From: Macrostomum lignano
Lineage: Eukaryota
Direction of reading: 5' to 3'
Length of the DNA stretch: 64,000 nt
Assembly (NCBI GenBank): GCA_002269645.1
Contig: NIVC01001780.1
Coordinates: forward strand, 173,999-237,998
The notes beneath the pieces were generated by a model that saw nothing but the letters and a program-made list of their open reading frames with translations, did not search any database and was not told the origin of the DNA. Shown here in pieces: positions 60,352 to 64,000 of this stretch. The position numbers and the translations under genes are program-made. Numbering within the stretch: the stretch's first letter is position 1; every line of letters starts with the position of its first letter.

Positions 60352-61239
60352 AGCTACGAATCGTTTGATACCAATTTACGGCTACAATACGACTTTATCT
60401 CCCAATCGATTGCCAGACGACACACCTGGGAGCCGGTCCTTGTCCATCAGTTGATCCACATCAGCCTAAATTTAAAAGGAAACGGCCGCACCGTCTCCTT
60501 CCTGGACGTGGGCAGCAACATTGGAGTGTACAGCCTGTCTGCACGAGACGCCGGTCTGATCACGGTGGCAGTGGACGCGAATTTGCGCAACCTCGCTCGG
60601 ATTCGTCTGGCAGCTTCGGCCATGCGGTTGCCCTCACCCGATCCTCACCTGGCCCTCGTGTGGGCCTACTTCTCCGACCGGGTCGGGCTACGCTACCTGC
60701 AATTCTCTACAAAGTTCTGCAACGTCGGAGGAGCTGGCGCCGAGAATAAGTTCGATGCGGAAGGCGGCTTCTGGGCCATCGACACTGTGCCCGTGATGAC
60801 AGCCACCGGAGACGACCTCCTGCCGCTGATTTCAACAGACCTGGTAGTGGCAAAGATTGACATTGAGACCAGCGAGAACATCTTCCTGAGTACGGGCCAG
60901 CGACTCTTCAGTGAGCATCGCATTGTGGTAGTGCAGATGGAGTGGTGGCGGGCGAGTCATTCAATTCCGGCGTCTGAGAGTCCGAACTACCCGCACGATA
61001 GTCGAGTTCTTTGCAAGGAGAAACTACACTCTGCTGTCGGCGACCACACGGCAACGGCTGAATCGGAGCAAATTTTACGACTGGGATACTTTGTGGGTTC
61101 GAGGAGACTACCTGAGCATTGTGGAAGCCATGCTGCGAAGATGACGACTAGTAGGTTGACGGATGTACTGGATACTCCTTGTAAACTGGAGAGCAAATAT
61201 GTCGATTTAATTGTTACTAGGAGGTTAAGGGTTTGTTAA
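60352..61239 (+). CDS. FkbM-family (Methyltransf_21) SAM-dependent methyltransferase, catalytic exon
   Basis: YDFISQSI...WEP...FLDVGSNIGVYSL (motif I), VAVDAN, KIDIE, VVQMEW. Acceptor CATAACAG| at 60351; possible frameshift near 60385. Confidence 0.85.
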   Translation, partial: SYESFDTNLRLQYDFISQSIARRHTWEPVLVHQLIHISLNLKGNGRTVSFLDVGSNIGVYSLSARDAGLITVAVDANLRNLARIRLAASAMRLPSPDPHLALVWAYFSDRVGLRYLQFSTKFCNVGGAGAENKFDAEGGFWAIDTVPVMTATGDDLLPLISTDLVVAKIDIETSENIFLSTGQRLFSEHRIVVVQMEWWRASHSIPASESPNYPHDSRVLCKEKLHSAVGDHTATAESEQILRLGYFVGSRRLPEHCGSHAAKMTTSRLTDVLDTPCKLESKYVDLIVTRRLRVC

Positions 61240-62139
61240 AGTTGGCTACAAACTTGGAAGTGCATTTGCTTGCTTTTAGTTCTAAATCTAAAGAAAACTT
61301 GCAAAGCTGGTTTGATGTTGAAGAAAAATTTTGCTGATGCGATCAGTTTTTCGATGTCTGAATTTGTTTATTTGCTAGGCAAATTCAAGATTATTTTTCA
61401 TTTAAAACTGTGGTTGAATTTTTTGATTAAAGTGAAAAATACGCACTGTTTTGCCGCTAAAACTCGACCGGAAAGGTGAAAGGCGCTGCGCATGCACACA
61501 CAGGTGCCGCGGCGTGACTTCTGCCAGCCAGTCATGAAGTAAACAAGCCAGTTCCAATTTAGCTTCACACCCTTATGGCTTTTCTGCCCCATATAAGCCC
61601 TATAAAAATACATTGGATCAAGCAGGTTGCGGTATAAGAGAAAGTCAAACGGCTCCGCAGGCGCGCCTGAAGTCGAGATGGCAACTCGGCGTTTGTGCAA
61701 CGAATTCGCGAGCGTGAAGAGCTGCGGAGGGAGAGCAGACGCGAGGAGCTGCTGGCATTTGCTGAAAGCTGCCAGCATTTGCAGGCTAAGACAGTCGACA
61801 ATGCCAAGGCACTACTTGGTCGGCAGTTGCTGAAGTCTGCAGAAGGCAGTGTTGCAGAGTTTGCCAATATCACTCGCGTAAGAAAGAAGTACTTAGAGTT
61901 ATTTGTAGTGACGTGTTTGACTATTGCGCAGTCTTTTCGAGCAGTTCATGCACCTGGAACAGATCGCTGAAGCACAGTATATGCGCGTGACTGACGAAAA
62001 TAAAATCAAGTCTTGAAGGCTGCTGTACTACGCTACTGTGCCTGAAATTTGCAGGTACATTGTACGTGCATTGTACAAGCATTAGGCAGGATTTTTATTG
62101 GGGAGGGAAGTGCAGGTGTTGGCAATAGTGAGGGGTTTT

Positions 62140-62795
62140 GCACCAAGGAGTTTTGCACCAAGGAGTTTTGCACCAAGGGGTTCTAGCAAAAAGGGGCGCC
62201 AGCACCAAGGGCGCCAGCACCAAGGGGCGCCAGCACCAAGGGGCGCCAGCACCAAGGGGCGCCAGCACCAAGGGGCGCCAGCACCAAGGGGCGCCAGCAC
62301 CAAGGGGCGCCAGCACCAAGGGGCGCCAGCACCAAGGGGCGCTAGCACCAAGGGGCACCAGCACCTTGGGGCGCCAGCACCAAGGGGCGCCAGCACCAAG
62401 GGGCGCCAGCACCAAGGGGCGCCAGCACCAAGGGGCGCCAGCACCAAGGGGCGCCAGCACCAAGGGGCGCCAGCACCAAGGGGCGCCAGCACCAAGGGCG
62501 CCAGCACCAAGGGGCGCCAGCACCAAGGGGCGCCAGCACCAAGGGGCGCCAGCACCAAGGGCGCCAGCACCAAGGGCGCCAGCACCAAGGGCGCCAGCAC
62601 CAAGGGCGCCAGCACCAAGGGGCGCCAGCACCAAGGGGCGCCAGCACCAAGGGGCGCCAGCACCAAGGGGCGCCAGCACCAAGGGGCGCCAGCACCAAGG
62701 GGCGCCAGCACCAAGGGGCGCCAGCACCAAGGGGCGCCAGCACCAAGGGGCGCCAGCACCAAGGGGCGCCAGCACCAAGAAACGCCAGCACCAAG
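62140..62795. repeat. 16-bp minisatellite (CACCAAGGGGCGCCAG)n
   Basis: About 38 units. Confidence 0.96.
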
Positions 62796-63214
62796 GGGAC
62801 ATTGCATTGGGACACCCTTTGTAACGTACTTCATTAAAAAAGCAACGAAAACCGTTAGAAAACACTATTGCGAATCTTGAAGTCATGCAAGTAAAACAAA
62901 CAAAACTGCTCATCGAAATCCACTGAACAGAGATCCGAAATCGAACTCGCTCGATGGCAGCGAAGCCGATTATAATGAACTCGGGACTTCACCGACTTTG
63001 CTGGCGCTCCCAATCGGCTGGACCCGCTGGTAGAGAAGCGAATCGAACGGCTGAGACAAGAGAGCCACCGAGATGAGGTGGAGAATCTGGGCGCAGCTAC
63101 GGGTGTGGGCTACTACGATCACGGAGACCTTGGCAGGGAGGATCCGACTAGGAATCGCGGTGAGCAGTCCAACCGAGAATATGGTAGTGATTTGCCTATT
63201 GGTGAAAGACTAAT

Positions 63215-63690
63215 ACCGATGGGACAGGCTATCGATGGGACAGGCTATCGATGGGACAGGCTATCCATTAGATGAGCTACCGATGGGACAGGCTATCGAT
63301 GGGACAGGCTATCGATGGACAGGCTATCGATGGGACAGGCTATCCATTAGATGAGCTACCGATGGAACAGGCTATCGATGGGACAGGCTATCGATGGGAC
63401 AGGCTATCGATGGGACAGGCTATCGATGGGACAGACTATCGATGGGACAGACTATCGATGGGACAGGCTATCGATGGGACAGGCTATCGATGGGACAGAC
63501 TATCGATGGGACAGGCTATCGATGGACAGGCTATCCATTAGATGAGTTATCGATGGACCGGCTATCCGTTAGATGAGTTACCGATGGGACAGGCTATCCA
63601 TTAGATGAGCTACCGATGGGACAGGCTATCCATTAGATGAGCTACCGATGGGACAGGCTATCAATTAGATGATCTACCGATGGACAAGCT
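63215..63690. repeat. 16-bp minisatellite (ATCGATGGGACAGGCT)n with variants
   Basis: Directly visible. Confidence 0.95.
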
Positions 63691-64000
63691 ATCGTACATA
63701 AGGGACATGCCATACATGGAGAAACTTTTCATTTATAAAATTATGCAAAAGATCACAATAATGAAAAATAGATGATTTCGCTTTGTCACCAATGTAAAAT
63801 GTAGTAAACAGACTCCAAAACATGCACCCACTTAATTGATAACTTCCTCCTCAGAGATTCTCTACAACCAGTCTGTTGACTACGAAGTTCAAGCGTCCAG
63901 TGGTGACGCTACCGCGACAGCGGCGGCTGCCTCCCTGCAGCAGCAGCAGCAGCTGGCCAGAGCGGACGACGACGACCACTTCTACTCCGCGGAGATCTGC

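Larger units (their letters stand above)
61640..64000 (+). pseudogene. Possible three-exon model (~61640-61877, 62931-63159, 63855->64000) of an unidentified coiled-coil protein with in-frame stops
   Basis: Splice phases fit (0 then 1; |GTAAGA, GAACAG|, |GTGAGC, CCTCAG|), but there is a TGA near 61668 and TAA-TGA at 62973-62978. Confidence 0.35.

Noticed and set aside
54749-61239. Bacterial contamination or HGT origin for the USP and FkbM genes
   Set aside because: Both are embedded among eukaryotic repeats. The FkbM gene appears spliced with a TM anchor, and both families are known in invertebrates.
63215-63690. Array of DRE-like TATCGATG motifs
   Set aside because: The motif is simply part of the minisatellite unit and is an imperfect match; no support for a regulatory role.

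Overview
This is a repeat-rich eukaryotic (animal) genomic window with GT-AG introns, tRNA-derived SINEs, MITEs and many minisatellites. The gene content and repeat style suggest a free-living flatworm such as Macrostomum (inference, not verified). Well-supported genes: DNA topoisomerase I (2 coding exons, -), V-ATPase subunit H (6 coding exons, -), an intronless rhodopsin-like GPCR (-), a secreted WSC + PAN-like protein (+), a universal stress protein (-), a type II membrane FkbM-family methyltransferase (+), and an ankyrin-repeat gene that splices in phase into the start of a protein kinase domain (+). That kinase is cut off by a ~5.5 kb frameshifted APE/RT/RNase H non-LTR retrotransposon. 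The most striking signal is the ankyrin array: its 210-213 bp units have a near-invariant framework but vary strongly at the loop positions used for ligand binding, like a natural DARPin library attached to a kinase. Other notable signals are a MITE family carrying a 21-bp minisatellite of very variable length, a 1.3 kb foldback element, and AG acceptor-like sites just before five start codons (possible SL trans-splicing or operon). Most long ORFs in the track are artefacts of tandem repeats. All exon coordinates and alignments were read by eye.
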